The translations under genes were made by a program, and so were the position numbers. From Burkholderiales bacterium (GTDB taxonomy: Bacteria; Pseudomonadota; Gammaproteobacteria; Burkholderiales; Burkholderiaceae_F), in contig JADCGS010000021.1 of NCBI GenBank assembly GCA_020248865.1, positions 12,857 to 76,856 of the forward strand: 64,000 nucleotides of DNA. Reading direction: 5' to 3'. Shown piece by piece: positions 63,643-64,000 of the stretch. How positions within the stretch are numbered: the stretch's first letter is position 1; the number at the start of each line of letters is the position of its first letter. The notes below the pieces were generated by a model. The model did not search any database and was not told the DNA's origin. It was given only the letters and a program-made list of their open reading frames with translations.

Positions 63643-64000
63643 ATGACGAAAGTCGCCCCGGCGCTTCATCCGCACTTCCGCCCCATCCAGCGCCTGCAAC
63701 TGATGACGATGCCGCGCCACGACGCCTACGAGGCCCGGGGCAAGCCCGAGCCCGGCGTCTGCGAGGACTGCGGCGTGGTCTGGTCCAAGGGCCACTGGCA
63801 CTGGGGGGCCGCGCCCGCCCAGACGGGCAGGCTCTTGTGTCCGGCCTGCCGCCGCATCCGCGAACACGCGCCAGCCGGCTTCCTGCGCTTGAGCGGGCCG
63901 GCGCTGGCGCGCGATCGCGCCGAGTTGCTGGCGCTGCTGAACAACCACGCGCAGCGCGAGCGCGGCGAGCATCCGCTGCAGCGGATCATGGCCGTCGAGG
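63643..64000 (+). CDS. Conserved hypothetical zinc-ribbon protein (CxxC...CxxC), 3' end outside the window
   Basis: GAGGAG RBS, then ATG 63643. MTKVAPALHPHFRPIQRLQLMTMPRHDAYEARGKPEPGVCEDCGVVWSKGHWHW...LLCPACRRI.. High GC3. Open to the end of the window, which is why it is absent from the ORF track. Confidence 0.6.
   Translation, partial: MTKVAPALHPHFRPIQRLQLMTMPRHDAYEARGKPEPGVCEDCGVVWSKGHWHWGAAPAQTGRLLCPACRRIREHAPAGFLRLSGPALARDRAELLALLNNHAQRERGEHPLQRIMAVE

Overview
Very GC-rich (judged by eye, not computed) proteobacterial chromosomal segment. The gene order fmdB-DUF502-aspS-nudB ... EEP-clsB-mipA looks like Burkholderiales-type betaproteobacteria; this is an inference from content, not a database hit. 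I can support about 50 protein-coding genes, most on the minus strand. I saw no rRNA, tRNA or CRISPR array. Many long ORFs in the six-frame track are antisense shadows of real genes, as expected at this GC content, and were ignored.

Main blocks:
- 0.9-7.5 kb: CocE/NonD lipoprotein hydrolase, a class III cyclase-STAND ATPase-TPR protein and a flavin amine oxidase. The last two share an ATGA start/stop overlap.
- 8.3-13.0 kb: porin, small PBP-like protein, membrane HAMP-PP2C-HATPase sensor and STAS protein, forming a partner-switching operon with no sigma factor.
- 13.3-15.1 kb and 51.2-53.1 kb: two paralogous cNMP-binding patatin phospholipases. The second lies directly upstream of a TPR / Rossmann-like / cyclase protein (48.7-50.8 kb) whose cyclase specificity residues look non-canonical.
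- 15.4-19.4 kb: beta-CASP MBL, thymidine/AMP-phosphorylase-like and Prs-like triad.
- 20.7-35.1 kb: ligase-associated DNA-damage-response genes (Lhr-type helicase, ATP-dependent ligase, beta-CASP exonuclease). They are split by a 7.7 kb TonB-receptor / ABC / DUF3526 / Fur island. A DinB gene and a 100-bp exonuclease relic sit in front of the ligase.
- 35-44 kb: housekeeping run (mipA, clsB, EEP, nudB, aspS, DUF502, fmdB).
- 44-48 kb and 53-59 kb: metabolic genes.
- 59.9-63.5 kb: repeat-rich accessory patch with flavodoxin, an HTH protein, prlF-yhaV toxin-antitoxin and a GNAT.

Most interesting observations:
- The cyclase / cNMP-patatin pair, a candidate Pycsar/CBASS-like or lipid-signalling module.
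- A roughly 300-bp cluster of REP-type hairpins embedded in frame inside the helicase gene.
- A MITE-like element that supplies the cyclase stop codon.
- Several families of dispersed and tandem repeats.
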